DNA from: a virus
Direction: 5' to 3' (one strand)
IMG/VR virus record: IMGVR_UViG_3300028920_000064
Location: 1-64,000 of that record
DNA length: 64,000 nucleotides
Shown piece after piece: positions 16,942-30,000 of this stretch. The translations under genes and the position numbers were made by a program. The notes beneath the pieces are model-generated. The model was not told the origin of the DNA. It saw nothing but the letters and a program-made list of their open reading frames with translations, and made no database searches. Within the stretch, counting starts at the first letter, position 1; each line of letters opens with the position of its first letter.

Positions 16942-17177
16942 TACTGTTCCGGCTTTGCGAGTGCCCCTTCAGAGTTCTCGAACAGGTTCTTCGATAGGTA
17001 TGCAAGCAAGGCGGTCACGGCCACGATACCCATGGATTTGAAAAACTCCCCGTCAAATACCGGTGGGCCGGCCTGTAGAACCTCATAGAGAAATGTGACC
17101 AGGGATGTCAGAACGGCCATCAATAGACCTTTCAGAAAATCTCTCAGGTTCAGCTTAAACAATTTTGATCGTTCCAT
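16941..17177 (-). CDS. Putative holin
   Basis: 78 aa, two TM segments; LN.RDFLKGLLMAV...AYLSKNLF. Confidence 0.7.
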   Translation of the reverse strand: MERSKLFKLNLRDFLKGLLMAVLTSLVTFLYEVLQAGPPVFDGEFFKSMGIVAVTALLAYLSKNLFENSEGALAKPEQ

Positions 17178-17225
17178 AATAAGTGTTTTTGGGTGAATAA
17201 TACTTGCTAAGTTATAAAATTCTAA

Positions 17226-17657
17226 TCACTTAATCTCTAAAGTTATATCCTCGCCGTGACGAATAGCATCCAGCATCTTCTCAATAATTATCATTTCATA
17301 CTCGGTGCTGTTGATCACTTTCCCCTTCACTTTGTTCTCTCCTGGCAATATACAGCCGGCAGAATCCTCTGCGGTGTTGCCACGGTGGATGCGGATCCCC
17401 AGGAAGTGTTTGACATTCTTTACCAGTGGCAAAAGCCTTTGAAATTTGGGTGACATGGTGAGGTCCACCTCATATTTGCCATAAGGGATTGCAGTCATGC
17501 CGTACACCTTCCCTTCCCCGGGATCATTCAGATCACCATCCCGGTTTAGATCCCTCACTTTGTCCTCTATGGTGTCGCATAGATAAATACCATTGATAAA
17601 AAGTGATCCAATGGTGTAGTTCTCTCCTAAAAAACGTCTTTCAAGTCTTAGTTTCAT
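17226..17657 (-). CDS. DUF5675 family protein, putative endolysin
   Basis: YTIGSL..NG...CDTIED, TAIP.G.Y, SPKF, GIRIHRGNT.EDSAGCILPG; located between membrane lysis genes. Confidence 0.8.
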   Translation of the reverse strand: MKLRLERRFLGENYTIGSLFINGIYLCDTIEDKVRDLNRDGDLNDPGEGKVYGMTAIPYGKYEVDLTMSPKFQRLLPLVKNVKHFLGIRIHRGNTAEDSAGCILPGENKVKGKVINSTEYEMIIIEKMLDAIRHGEDITLEIK

Positions 17658-18019
17658 GGTTTTACAAATTTGATAAGTTCAGATATCCAATTATTTTGAA
17701 AGGCTGCCATAACGATAGCTTGCAAGCCAAGAAGAAGCACTATCCCGATGAACGCTGTAAGTTTTGGACGCTTGCCCATTAAATTCAGGGCCCTGGTTGT
17801 GCGTATGCTTGGCTGTAGCTCTTTAAGCGTTTTTGCACAGGTCTCCTCCCGTTTATTGCAACTGCCTGCAATTTTCACGATAGCTATTTCATTTTTCCGG
17901 ATCCGAGTATTCTGTTCCTTCACCGTTTTGTGAATATCATTCATCTTGTTGCTCAGCCTTTCTTCCTGGCTGGTCATCAAGGTGATGATTGGTTGTAGAT
18001 CTTCTATTTCTAAAGACAT
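17654..18019 (-). CDS. Coiled-coil protein with C-terminal TM (holin/antiholin-like)
   Basis: Architecture and position at the head of the lysis cassette. Confidence 0.45.
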   Translation of the reverse strand: MSLEIEDLQPIITLMTSQEERLSNKMNDIHKTVKEQNTRIRKNEIAIVKIAGSCNKREETCAKTLKELQPSIRTTRALNLMGKRPKLTAFIGIVLLLGLQAIVMAAFQNNWISELIKFVKP

Positions 18020-18034
18020 TCCACTGCTTTTAAA

Positions 18035-21000
18035 TTATTGGCCCCTTTGCGCTCTCTCTATTGCCTTTAATTCTGCTGCTTCCTTATTAAAATCCCTTGG
18101 CCTTCCGGTTTCGGGGTCAATTGATTCCTCAAGTGCTTTCCTCAAATCTGCCGCCACCTGTAAAACTATTGCCCCCTGCTGATCCTTTAGTGCGTTATCG
18201 GCTTGAACATTCTGGTCGAAATACCCATTCAATACATTCCTGAAAGCCGCATAGTGGCCCTCGTATCTGAGGTGCGGGTATCTCTTATACAAATTTATTA
18301 AATATTGCACATCAACAGATCCGTAAATCTGAGGATCCTTGTACAATCCTGTGTCATCCAGCTGCAGGGCCACTCTCCGGTTAGGCTCTCCCATTATTGG
18401 GGCGTATTCAAATGCGCCTATGGGATATTCAGCATAAGTGGAGAACTGCGAGAATAGGAAAGCATCCAACATCCTTGCGTCAATAAAGGGATTGTCCTCT
18501 GACCGCCAGGTGACATAATCTGATCCTTCCTGTATCATTCTGGAAAACTTGCTTGCATTTTGGGTTTCCCTGGACACAATGGCCACATCCCTCTCCTCTG
18601 GGGGAATGATATGCTTCTGTCGGTAAAGATCATAGTTTGTGGCCCAATTGATAAATCCTGAGAACCCACTGGTCACACCGCTTACGCTGTATGGATTCAG
18701 GTTCTGAATTGCTGACCACCAGAAGCCATCGCCAAAAGCGTCTTTGTCCTTCAATATAACACGGTCCATACCTCTTTGTGCAATAGATCCTATACGTCCC
18801 AGTTCAAAAGGCTTTGGCACGATGATCCATCCACGACCAAAAGGATTGGGAAGCCTGTAAAATCCATCTCTCAGGTAATTGGGATGAGTCAAATACTCTT
18901 CTTTCTCATCATCTGATATCCATGGTGCCCAGGCTATCAGCATTGAGTTCATAATAGAGGGCATGATGGAGAATAGTGCAAGATGTCCCAAGAACCGTCC
19001 CGGGCTCTTCTTTGCTACCCTCACAATCTTCTCAACGCCTCTGACAGCGGCGCTGGTGAATATCATAAACTTATTCAACTCACGCACAACTGTTCCTGCT
19101 GCAGCAAAATCCATGAGATCCCTTGCGATAAACGCTGCCCTGGCTGATGCCTCAACGTGGGATAGCCCATATTTCTTAATCCCCTCCTGGTAGGCTGACA
19201 TATACTGCAATCTACGAGTAGGGCGTTCGCTCATGTTTAGCTGCTTCCTGGCAAACTGGAAACCTTTCCCCACCAGGGTATATGTCGTACCTGGCCGGCC
19301 TCTTTTCTTGGCCTGTAGCATATACTGATGATGAGGCAGCTTGCTTTCTTTTCTTGCATTGATGCCGACAATCTGTTTACGTGGGACAAATCCGAACTGG
19401 CCACCACCATACCTTTCAAAGCCGTTATCTGCATCCTTATTGGGTAGCAGGTGCCAAGGTCTTGAATATCTTTTTGCAGTGCCAATCACTGACCACTGAA
19501 GAAGGTCTCGGATCATGTTCCTGTTCACAAAACGAACTGACCTGGTAATCGCCTTGCGTAATAACTGAGGGGCAAAAGAGATAATCTTCATTGCAAGACC
19601 ATCCTCTGAAGATATAAGGTCCTTCCAGTTATTGTATAGGTATTTATCCCCAAATACAAGGAACCTTTTTTCTCCGTTTTGGTAAAAAGCTATGCTGTTA
19701 GGTTCTGCTTTTTTGGAAACCCATGCGATCTCACCCTGCTTCACAACCTCTCCCTCATACATATCCCTGCCAACCCAATCTCTTTCAAACACATCGGCAA
19801 AGGTTTGAACCGTGTAGTTCATGTCCCCCACATCGATCACGTTTATCCAGGACCTGATAAGGTTGGACACTGGGTTATCAATGGGCCTGTCGCTTCCTTT
19901 AAAGGGAAATACGACATCCCTGGGGAGTAATCCTTTCCCGGATGGCCTTCTGTTTTCTTCAAACTCAAGATCCTTGCCGGCCACCATGTCTGCAGGCTCA
20001 ATAGCCTGAAGCCTGTTCATGCCCACATAGTCCAGGTTCTCGTTCTGTATAAGATCCTTGGTGTACTCAGAGATCAAGCCGGCCTGGTAAGCATAGTTGG
20101 ACCATTGCTTGCTGATCTCTCTATATATTCGCCAAAACTCGGTGATACCTTCAAAAAGCTCCGGATTATTTGCCTTAACCTCTTCAAACTCTTTGAGTGT
20201 TTCAACAGCGATATCATAATCTCTTTGTCCGGATTGAGCAGCACCTGTTATAACTATGTTGGTGAAATCATAACGCCCCTCCTCGCCTTTCGGGTCGATC
20301 CAAACCTTCTCCGGATCCAGCTTACCCTCATCGATGCGGGTAAGGATATCATTTATCTTCCCCTGCCACATTTCTATGATATGGGGATGCTGTGCCAATA
20401 GCTTCAGTGGTGGTAGCCGATCCTCTGTGTTTTCCAAATCAAACCTGATCAATCTTGCCTGGTATTTCTTTGGCAATTCAACAGCCCTTTGAGCAATGCC
20501 ATACTTCATAGCTTCAACTACATTGGCCTCGTATTCAGCGTCTGAATGCCCGGGGATAGCTTCGTACATTGAATCAAAAATCAATGGCCGGCCCGTTTTT
20601 GAATCGTAAATAGGGGTCCCATCAAGATCCATCACGCCCCTTTTCATAAGATTTTCCAACTTAACATCGATGCCCAGGTGGTTCCTGGCCATGATCTCAA
20701 AGTTTCTCAGTGGAGACAGTTGATTGGGATCATGGATATCCTTAATTCCTTTCTGCTTCGCTGCGTATTTGAAAGCCTCAACAAGTGGGTCAAGGAAGTA
20801 CCATATCCTCCTTCCCATCTTATCAAATATGGTTACTTTGAACTGGCCCTGCTCGTTTTCCCTGTTCCATTCAGTTTTTTGCCTTCCCTCTGTGGGATCC
20901 AGGCGAACATTGGCCAATAACTGATCCCCGGCTGAGGATCCGTAAAGAGTCCTGATATCCTTACCGAACTGAACCAGACCATCCCATACCTTTTTCTCTG

Positions 21001-24000
21001 GCATAAGCTGTGATGAGAACCATTTGTAAGTGGTGGGGAACCTTTTCTCTGCTTCATTTGGGTTCACAAGCCATGCCCGGGTAAACTCAGCCATGCCCTC
21101 AGCCATCTTGTATCTCTCTGGATTCTTATGCCCCCGGGGAGGCTTGCTTCCAAATTCCCAAAGATCTCTCAGTTCTGATTTGAGTTCAGAGTAAATAGGG
21201 TAAGCCTTGGGGCCAAGCAATCCATACTTGTCATCAAGGTAGTGGCCTATCTCATGTGCCGCTGTATCCTCATCACCAAACCTCTTGATACCCATCTTAC
21301 CAGTGGTGGGATCATACGCTCCTGCCGCCCTTCTGGTGGATGGCCTACGGGTATATTGAATTTTCTTTCCAATAGCATTGGAAACATCGTCCTGGATCTC
21401 CCACAGCTTCTTCGGGCTTTTCCCTTTCTCCGGAGTTATTGGGTCAGGTGCCACTCGGCCTTTGGTGGTCCTGTATATCATGCCAATTGGCTCATTATGG
21501 GGATTGGATAACCCTCCCCTGTCCACTGCTCCGGTACGTGGCGGTGCGCCATACTCGTCCATAGTGTTTGAGGCATCGGTCTGGTCCATGGCTCTTTGCA
21601 CTTGCTTGCTGCTTGATTCAATGGTCAGCTTGAACCGTTCGTCAAGAACATTCAGTAAAGGCTGTAGTGCATCCTCATTGAACTTTGCTACCATGCGATC
21701 ATTTTTCTGCTCAAACAGGCCATAGTCCACAATAGACTTGATCACCTCGTTAGCATAATACTTGGATCCGCGCTTGGTAGAGGCGGGAACCCTCAACTCA
21801 TATAGCTGTGGAGAGCTGTAAGTCAGCTTCTTTATCAACACATCCTTCGACATATCCTCAACCATGTCGTATGGAGCCAGGGCCTTGATGATGCTGGCAG
21901 CTTTCTTTATAGGTATCCTGGCCGTATTCTCAGTATCATTGATCCAGTTCTCAGGCATCAGTATACCTCTTTCAAGGCTACCGTCAGCCATGGAGAATTT
22001 AATCAATCGACCTTTCTTAAACTTAGTCATCCCTTGAAGGATGTTTCCGGTCACGATATACCTTTTCTCCCTGGTCCTTTTCTTTTTGATATCATCCCAG
22101 GTGTCGAGTATTTCCTGTGACTCCCTGGTTCCAAGATGGTAGCTGTTTCCCCTGATGGCATCCAGGTGTACGCTTTTACTGACAGGTATCCTGAACATCC
22201 TGCGGCTATCAGTGGTAGCAAATTTCAACAACACATTGCTCGGGACCCAGGGGTTGTCCTTCTTCATGTTCACATCATAACCGATAAACACTCCTTTGTT
22301 CATGCGAACCATGTCCAGCTGATCATCCTCAGTGAATGGGATCTCCAATCCTCTTCCGGGATAGAAGAAATCGAAATAGGATTTGAACTTTGATTTATGC
22401 AAAAGCGCAACAGATCTCAGCGTATCGATGCGATCCGCTTCACGCTGATCAATCTCGTTCTTTTTTAACTCATATTCCCGGGACTTCTCCTCCGGTGTCA
22501 ATCCCGACTTCTCCTCTATCTTCTTTTTCTGTAAGGTCCTGGCCTCATTGGAGCTTTCTGTAACTTTTGCAATCTGCTTGGCCAGCTGCTCATCGATCCC
22601 CTTATCCATGGCTGCCCTCATTTCCTCAACATGATTATCCGGAACCTCATCCAGCTTTTCCATCAACTGCTCTCGGGTAAAAGGCTTCCTGGTCACATTG
22701 ACATCTGATTTATTCAATACAGTGTCATCGCCAAAATATGAATATCCTCCTTCGCCATCAATAGAAACTTCACTCTCCACAAACTCGGCATCCAAGGACT
22801 CATTGGTCACCATCAAATCGTTGGTGCCGGTGCTGTTCAGATAGTCTATCTCTTGCAGGTATCTCTCCTCTACCTCGTTCTTAAACTCCTCCTGTAGTTC
22901 AGAGGGGAGAATTTGTATCCTTCCGGATACTCGGTGTGCTGCATCCTGCTTGTTGGGATCCTTGCCTCCAATATTCAGGGGATCACCTATCAGCTGATTG
23001 ATTTGCGGATTATCTTTCAGATACTCATATACCACATTGTCACCATACTTGTTCAGGAAATCAACAACATCCGCCAGGCTCTTGCTCTGCTTCTGATTTC
23101 CGGATGTGTTGGCATCAAGTGATTTCAGCTTCTTGGCATTCATCATAAAGTTCCTCAACTCTGCTGGGAGCGTTGAGGTAGCGATATTGTAAATCGGCTT
23201 ATTCAGCTGATCTGCCCGATAAACCCTACCGAACAGCTGAACCACCACATTGATATCGAAATCGTTTTGCAGTGTCCACATGGTCCTTTGACTCACATCG
23301 TCAAAGTCTGGCGATGAGTGCATGGAGATACCAGTAGATCCTGCCTTATTTACAATGGCCGCCACCCCTGGATTGTTGTTAAACCTGGCCACGGCCTTGA
23401 TCTTATCTCCCCTGTCATTCGTTACCCAGGTTCCCTTGGTCTCGTCTGCATTCATCTCAAACATACTGCCACGGCCAGTAATTTCAACTACCTCAAACCC
23501 TGCATCTGTGATTCCTTTTTTCAATACATCGATGGGAGATATAGGTATGCCGGTTGACATCCTTTGGATGTTTTCCATCATGGTATAATATCGATCTCTT
23601 CCGGTGGGTGTGAGATCCTCCGGTTCAAGCATCTTCTTGAGATCGTTGCCCTGCTCGTCTTTCTCGGTATATTTCATTACCGTATCCATCCCCCTCTTCA
23701 GGACATAGGAGAAATCCAAGTCTATAGTTTCCCCCTTTTTCAGTTCATCGTTATTAAACATATCCAGGAAGATGCTCTCCATGGTGCTTTTTAAAGCGAT
23801 AACCGGTTTCCGGCCTGCTTTCAAATCCTCAACGATCATTGGTATGGCCTCTCTCACCTTCACTGATAGTAATAGCTGATCGATGACATTCCATATACGG
23901 CTGAAGTATGGCTGATTTGATATACCTGCCTGGCTTGTGCCGGCTCTCTCTCCTACCTGCCTACCTTCACGCTTAACCTGTTCGTTCATTTCCTGCAGGA

Positions 24001-27000
24001 CAGGATTAATATAATCCCTCTGGAACTTAATGATCTCCCGTAGCACACTGGTTACATTGTCAAATCTTTGAACCATCTGCTTGCCCAGCTCGGGGTTATA
24101 TGATTTTTGTGAGGGATCAGTATCGCCAATAACGATATAATTCATTTCAGCATCCATCCGGAAGCCTATCTTGCTGAACTGTCCTGACTCTGCCAGCTGG
24201 TGAGTTATGATCTCCTGCAGGGCAGGACCACCGGCGATGATACCATCTACTAATTCCTCAAGGGACATATTTGCCTCCTGGAGAACGGTTTTCATTGCAT
24301 AAAGAGGCATGTTATCAGGACGCTTGGCATAGGTCGCTGACAAGAATATACCTCCATTGGTGTTCAGGATCCACTCTTTGAAAAACTCCCCGGTATTGCT
24401 CTGCCCGCTGGCCTCATGGCTCTCGTCCATTATGAACACTACATCGTGATCCCTGGTTAGCTGCCTCAAGAAGTCTCGCTTGGCATCATCCCTTCCCTCT
24501 GTGGTGAACTGGGAATAGGATGTCATTACCATTTTCACATCACTGGGAAGTTTACGGGATCCAGGCTTATCAGGTGTACCAACGATCCTTCTTAACTCTT
24601 TGAAATCAGCCTCCCACTTTGCTTCTCCTTCTTTGTCAAATACCTTCACCTTCTGTCCTGAACTGGAAAACTGCTTGTTCATTATAAAAGGCTTGTAATT
24701 GGGGGACCCGATGTTAACCAGGTCCCGATAAATATCGGTAAACAGATCAGCGCCTTTGGTGATAAATACTGGCAGCTTGCCGTTCTCAACAGCATACCTC
24801 ACAACTGATGCTGCAATTCTTCCCTTGCCGGCACCGGTCTGATGGCCGATGATCATCGCATTGTTCCCTTCAATATTGTAAATAGCCTGGCCAATACCAT
24901 CTATTTGCTCGGCAAAATTGCCTGTTGCCTTCATATCGTCCATGCTGTTGTACTTCAGCTTGGCCCGAACGTATTCATCAATATCTCCGATCTCATCACT
25001 CAGCTGCTTCAGTGCATCCTGTACCTCAGCTGCTATTGATGCAGGGATCACAAATTTGCCTGACCCCATCCTGCTCAAAGGAGTGTATGGAGTAACATCA
25101 TCAGAAGAGATGTCCTCTATACCAAGCTCTCGCTTACTACTCTCATCAGGCTTTCCAATGTTGTTTGTTGGTAAATCGAGCGCACTTCGCGTGGGTCGAA
25201 CTTCTCCAAATCTTCTAATTTCTCCCCTTCGTCCCGTCTGATCAGTTCCACCAAATGATTTTGGAATTGTGGACTTCGCATTATCTGTTCTGCTTGCCCT
25301 GGTACGTCCGGCTCCGGGATCAGGTCTAGTAAATCTTGGATTAATGAACGCCTCATCTCCAGCGGCTCCTTGCTCAGGAGGGATTCCAGTTTCTTCTGAA
25401 ACAGTCTGATCAGATCCGGGACGCTCTGTGGTTGGGTTTGGGTCGGTTTCTCTACCGCCCACAAGCGAATCAGATCCTCGCTCGGCATCCACTTCTCTTT
25501 GTAAGCTATTCCTTTCATTCGCTTTAGTTTTTAGGATGTTAATTCTGTCACGTACATCTATCCAATCAGTAACAGGGTCAAATGATTTGTTGTAGAGTGG
25601 GGCTGCACCTTTCTTCTCTGTCTTACGGCCATTGACCAATATCAGCTTTACAGGATAACTTGCGCCCATGGTTTTATACAGATCCCCAGGAATCTGTATC
25701 ACATCCTCAACGTAATAATTCTTGTTCAGCCAGTTGAAAAACGCCAGGTCTTTCCCAAGCATCTGATCGTTGGGTTTGAACTTCACATGGCCACCGGTAA
25801 TGATAGCCGCTTTCCCTGTATCGCTTAATGATTTAAGAGCATGGGCAACAGGCAGGTATTCACCATGTAGCCAGTACCCTTCAAAATCTTCGGTCCTGCC
25901 ACCGAAAGGAGGATTGATATGGACAGCATCCACGGTTCTTACATCCAGCTGATCCTGGATCCCCCGGGTGCTGTCCACATTAAACACCCGATATCCTTGC
26001 TCAATGAGGTTTTGCCAACGCCCTTTGTCAATCTCATTGGCCCGCACTCCTTTTCTGTTTGCTGTGATCAACAAAGCACCGTTGCCGGCACTGGGATCCA
26101 TGACATTATCAACATCCTTTGCATTGGTATATTCACCCATAAGAAAAGCCAGGGGAACGGGAGTGCTGTATTGTTGCTTCTCCTTGATCTCATTGGTCCG
26201 GTATGATAGAGTGGGGAACGTGGTATACAATTCCTGGATTCGTGAAAATTTCTCATCGCTGGTCAGTGTCTCATCCATAGCGATGGTTCGGGCCACCTCA
26301 ACCATGGCCACTTCTGCCCTCTCACGAATGTTTGTCTTGTTGGTAACGCCCCACTTTTTTGCAATAGCTGTTAGCTCCCTGAAATCAGCAATCGGCTCTC
26401 CATTCCATATCCGGTTCTTCACCTCCCAGGTAAATGCTCTTTGACGTACCAGGTTATGCTTTTCCTCAGTTTCATCTAAAATCTCTGAGAAATACTTTAC
26501 TGATTTAGCTAGCTTCTCTTTTGAGGCGAACTTATATCCTTTTGCCAATGATCTCGCATGAGACCCTATGCCATACATGGCCATAATGGGCGATGTCGGA
26601 TAGAACCTGTCATGCAGATATCTTATCTCGCTGATTCCATTGTTGGTAAATCCCAGCTGGGCAAGGATCTTGTGATGATCGTTTGTCAGCCTCACAAGCC
26701 TATCCAGGTCCTCTTTTTTGGCATGTTGGAGTATAAATGGTGTCAACGGCTCACCTCGCTTGACATAACTTTCTAGCAGCTCTAAAACGGTCTCCTGGGT
26801 CCAATCTGTCTCAACAGGTATGGGGGTGAACATAACCTTTCCTGAAAGGATATCGTTCTTCCTTCTTTCATACTCAGCTGCTTTTTGTTTGTTGGCGATA
26901 TCCTCCTTCCAATCAACCTCTGCCTGAAAGTAGGATCTCGGTTGCCTGTACATCTGCTTCTCAAGTCGTTCGGCCTGGTCCATTTGACCGATAGATTTGT

Positions 27001-30000
27001 AGATGTCAATGATCTTGCTCAGTTCATCCCTGTATTCTTTGTTGTCATACGGGGGAACTTCCTCTGCTTTTCCCTCAACGATGAGTTCACGGAACTTATC
27101 AACTATGACCGCCTTCTTCGACTCTCCCCGGATAGACATGGGATCCTCCATGATGGCCACAGTTAGCTTATCGAACTGTGCCGGTGCCTCCCCGAACAGC
27201 CCCCCTAAATCTTTTACTCGCTGATCTCGGGGATCAGTCCATTCCTCCACCCTTACGATCTTGAGTTCTTTGGAGAGTTCAGGGATGTAAAATACTTTTC
27301 CTACTATATCGGAATATGGATCCTGTGCCGGTATCTCCGTCTGTCCCGCCGCCTCGCTGCCGGCTGTGGCCTTTGATTGATCAAGCGCATCGATCTCCCT
27401 GTTCAACGCTTCTATCTCTGCATCAAAAGGTTGTAATGCTTTCTTAATGTTTTCTTCAGTAGGCTCAAAGGTTTCATCGAACATCACCGGGGCATTGGGA
27501 TCGGCCTTGGTGTCACCAAACAATCCTTTGCGGTCAGTCAGTTCAGCATACTTTTTCTGTTTCTGCTTCTGAATGTCCTGGATCTTCTCACGTTTCTCAG
27601 TGATCTTATCCTCAATCTCCTTGGTTACCCTTTCCCTTTCCCTTCTGTTTTCTGCCGGACTTGCTCTTTCACCGACTCCACGATCAGGGCGTTCTTCGCC
27701 AAGCTCTGCTTCGACAGCTGCCCTGGCTGCTTCTTGTTCCTTGATTTCATCTTCAATGTTTTTAAGGTACTGGTCTTTTTCTGCTTCAGTCAATAGGCCC
27801 ATTTCAACAGCTGCATCCACGTTGTTAGGAGCCAGGTCACCATATTGCATGGTGAATTTTTCAAGATTTGCATCACCAATGGTGCTTAAAACCTTATTTA
27901 TAGGAACGCCTACCGGTGGGGTGTTCCTGGTTTGCCTAATGTTCAACACACCTTGGTTGTATGCCAAATCCAGGAAGTTCAATAACTTATTGGCGGCAAC
28001 AGTGTTCTTGCCGGCTTTGATGTTTTTGACAGCAGATTGTATCTGTCTTTTATCCAGCCAGACATCAGCCCCCTCAAGGTATTCGGGGTTATCCATTAAT
28101 TTGTTGACGAAATCAATGAACCCGGGATCCTCGTATTCTTCCAGTGTTTTCTGCGCATCGATCTCCTCCTGGGTTACCTTATCGGCTATCCTTCGTATGG
28201 GCTTACCCTCTTTATCCCGTACAGTCAGATCCCCTTTCTCAGTTTTAATGGTATAGCCAAGCTCATTTACTGCCCTTCCTATGTACTGATAAAGATCTGC
28301 CCTTTTCTGAGTGTAACTTTTGGGGAGATTGTTGTATTTCTCAACAAAGTCAATCACAGCATTATGCCTGTTCACTCTGATTTTCTCGTCATACTCAGCT
28401 TTTAAAGCCTCATCTTTTTCGGTTTGCTTTTCCTTCTCCTTCTTAACCTTTTCAGCAGCTTCCGGATAAAGCTCATTGAAGATTGCGCTTACCCTTTCAA
28501 GCATGGCTGCTCCTTGATACTTGTCTGTATCAATCCAGATCTCTTTCTCTGGAATATAATCTTTGGTTTGTGATGTTGCGCTGTCCTCAAAGGTGGGATC
28601 CACCATGCGCCTCATCTCCTCACCACTTACCATTATTGTCTTTACATCGTTTGGAAGGGATAGTGCTTGATATTCTTGCTTGGTTACCAGCTTTTCTATG
28701 TTCTCAGGCTGAACGCCCTCTGCCGGTTCCTCTTCTACTGGCGGTTCCTCTACGGGGGCCTCCTCCTCTATTGGAGTTGTGAGATCTTCGGTTAAAACAT
28801 TCTTGATATGCTCACGGATGGTGATATCGGGATCAATCTCTTCCTCCCTTGCCCGGGAAATATCATCCCACACATACAGCATTGCGTTGTCAAACTCTGT
28901 CTGAGTGAGATCCGGAGCAAGTTCTCTGATGGTTTTTTCAATATCCCCCTGGATCTGCGCTGCATAATCACCTACCTCTTTCTGCCAATCTTCAGCCAGG
29001 ATCTCTGCGGCTCGGTTCATGTTGCGAAGTTCCTGGTCTAGCTTCTTGCGCTCTTTCTTCTGTTCTAGTGTTAATCGGCCTTTGAACTCGGTATCCAGGC
29101 GTTTCTGAATAGCTTCACGATCCTTGGTGATCTCCTCCACTTTGGATGCAACTTCATCCTCTCTGGCCACGAAACGAGCATTCAGGTCCTTCAGCTTTTC
29201 ATTCAGAATTTCTTTTGGTTTCCCAAAAACTGTTTCAACCTCTTCCTCAACCACGGGTTCCTCTGTAGGTTCTTCGGGTGCCGGCTCTTCTTTTGCCTTC
29301 CGGATCTCCTTTGCTTTCTCAATGGCCCTTACCACATCGATGTCCATGTCGGGTAATGGAAGCCTTTCGGTGGGGTATTTCGCCAATTCTTCAGCAAGAT
29401 CTTCTATACTGGCAAAGTCCCGGCCACCATACCTGATCATCCCTTCCTCTTTCTTAGGAAGGGCTTTCCTTTCTTCCAATGCCTGCTCGGTTACGGCCAG
29501 AGCTTCTAGCACATCAGCCCTGATTATGGGGATATCCTCAACATTCTTGATAGTCCGTTTATCCCTGCCAAGTATTTGAATCACATTTTGAACATCCAGG
29601 TTCAAATCTTCATTTTTGATATCCCCTGTACGTCCTTCTTCATACATGGCATCAAGGGTCTGGATGATATTCTTTGCAACATCCTGCCTTTCCCTTAACT
29701 GGGCCTCATTCATAAATTGAGTATCGAAGGTCCATGGCTTTGTCTCATCCACCTCAACCTCTACCTTCGGTGCCGGTTCTTCTTCTACTGGGGGTTCCTC
29801 AGCAGGGGGCTCCTCTTCAACTGGCTCAGGCTCTACAGGAGGTTCTTCCGGAACGGGTTCAGGTTCAGGTTCAGGTTCAGGTTCGGGCTCAGGCTCTGGT
29901 TCAACAGGCTCTTCTACGGGTGGCTCGGGAGGTTCAACAGGCTCAAGGGGTTCTCCCTCTTTCTTTCGGGTTGCAATATCAACTCCCTTGATAGCCACAC

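Noticed and set aside
23249-23263. DFDIN in the giant protein resembles the crAss RNAP catalytic DFDID motif
   Set aside because: The third Asp is missing and the sequence lies immediately before helicase motif VI (QLFGRVYR), inside the Strawberry-notch C-terminal domain
27573-28256. 227-aa plus-strand ORF and other antisense ORFs over the giant gene
   Set aside because: S/L/F-rich mirror translations of an E/K-rich coding strand
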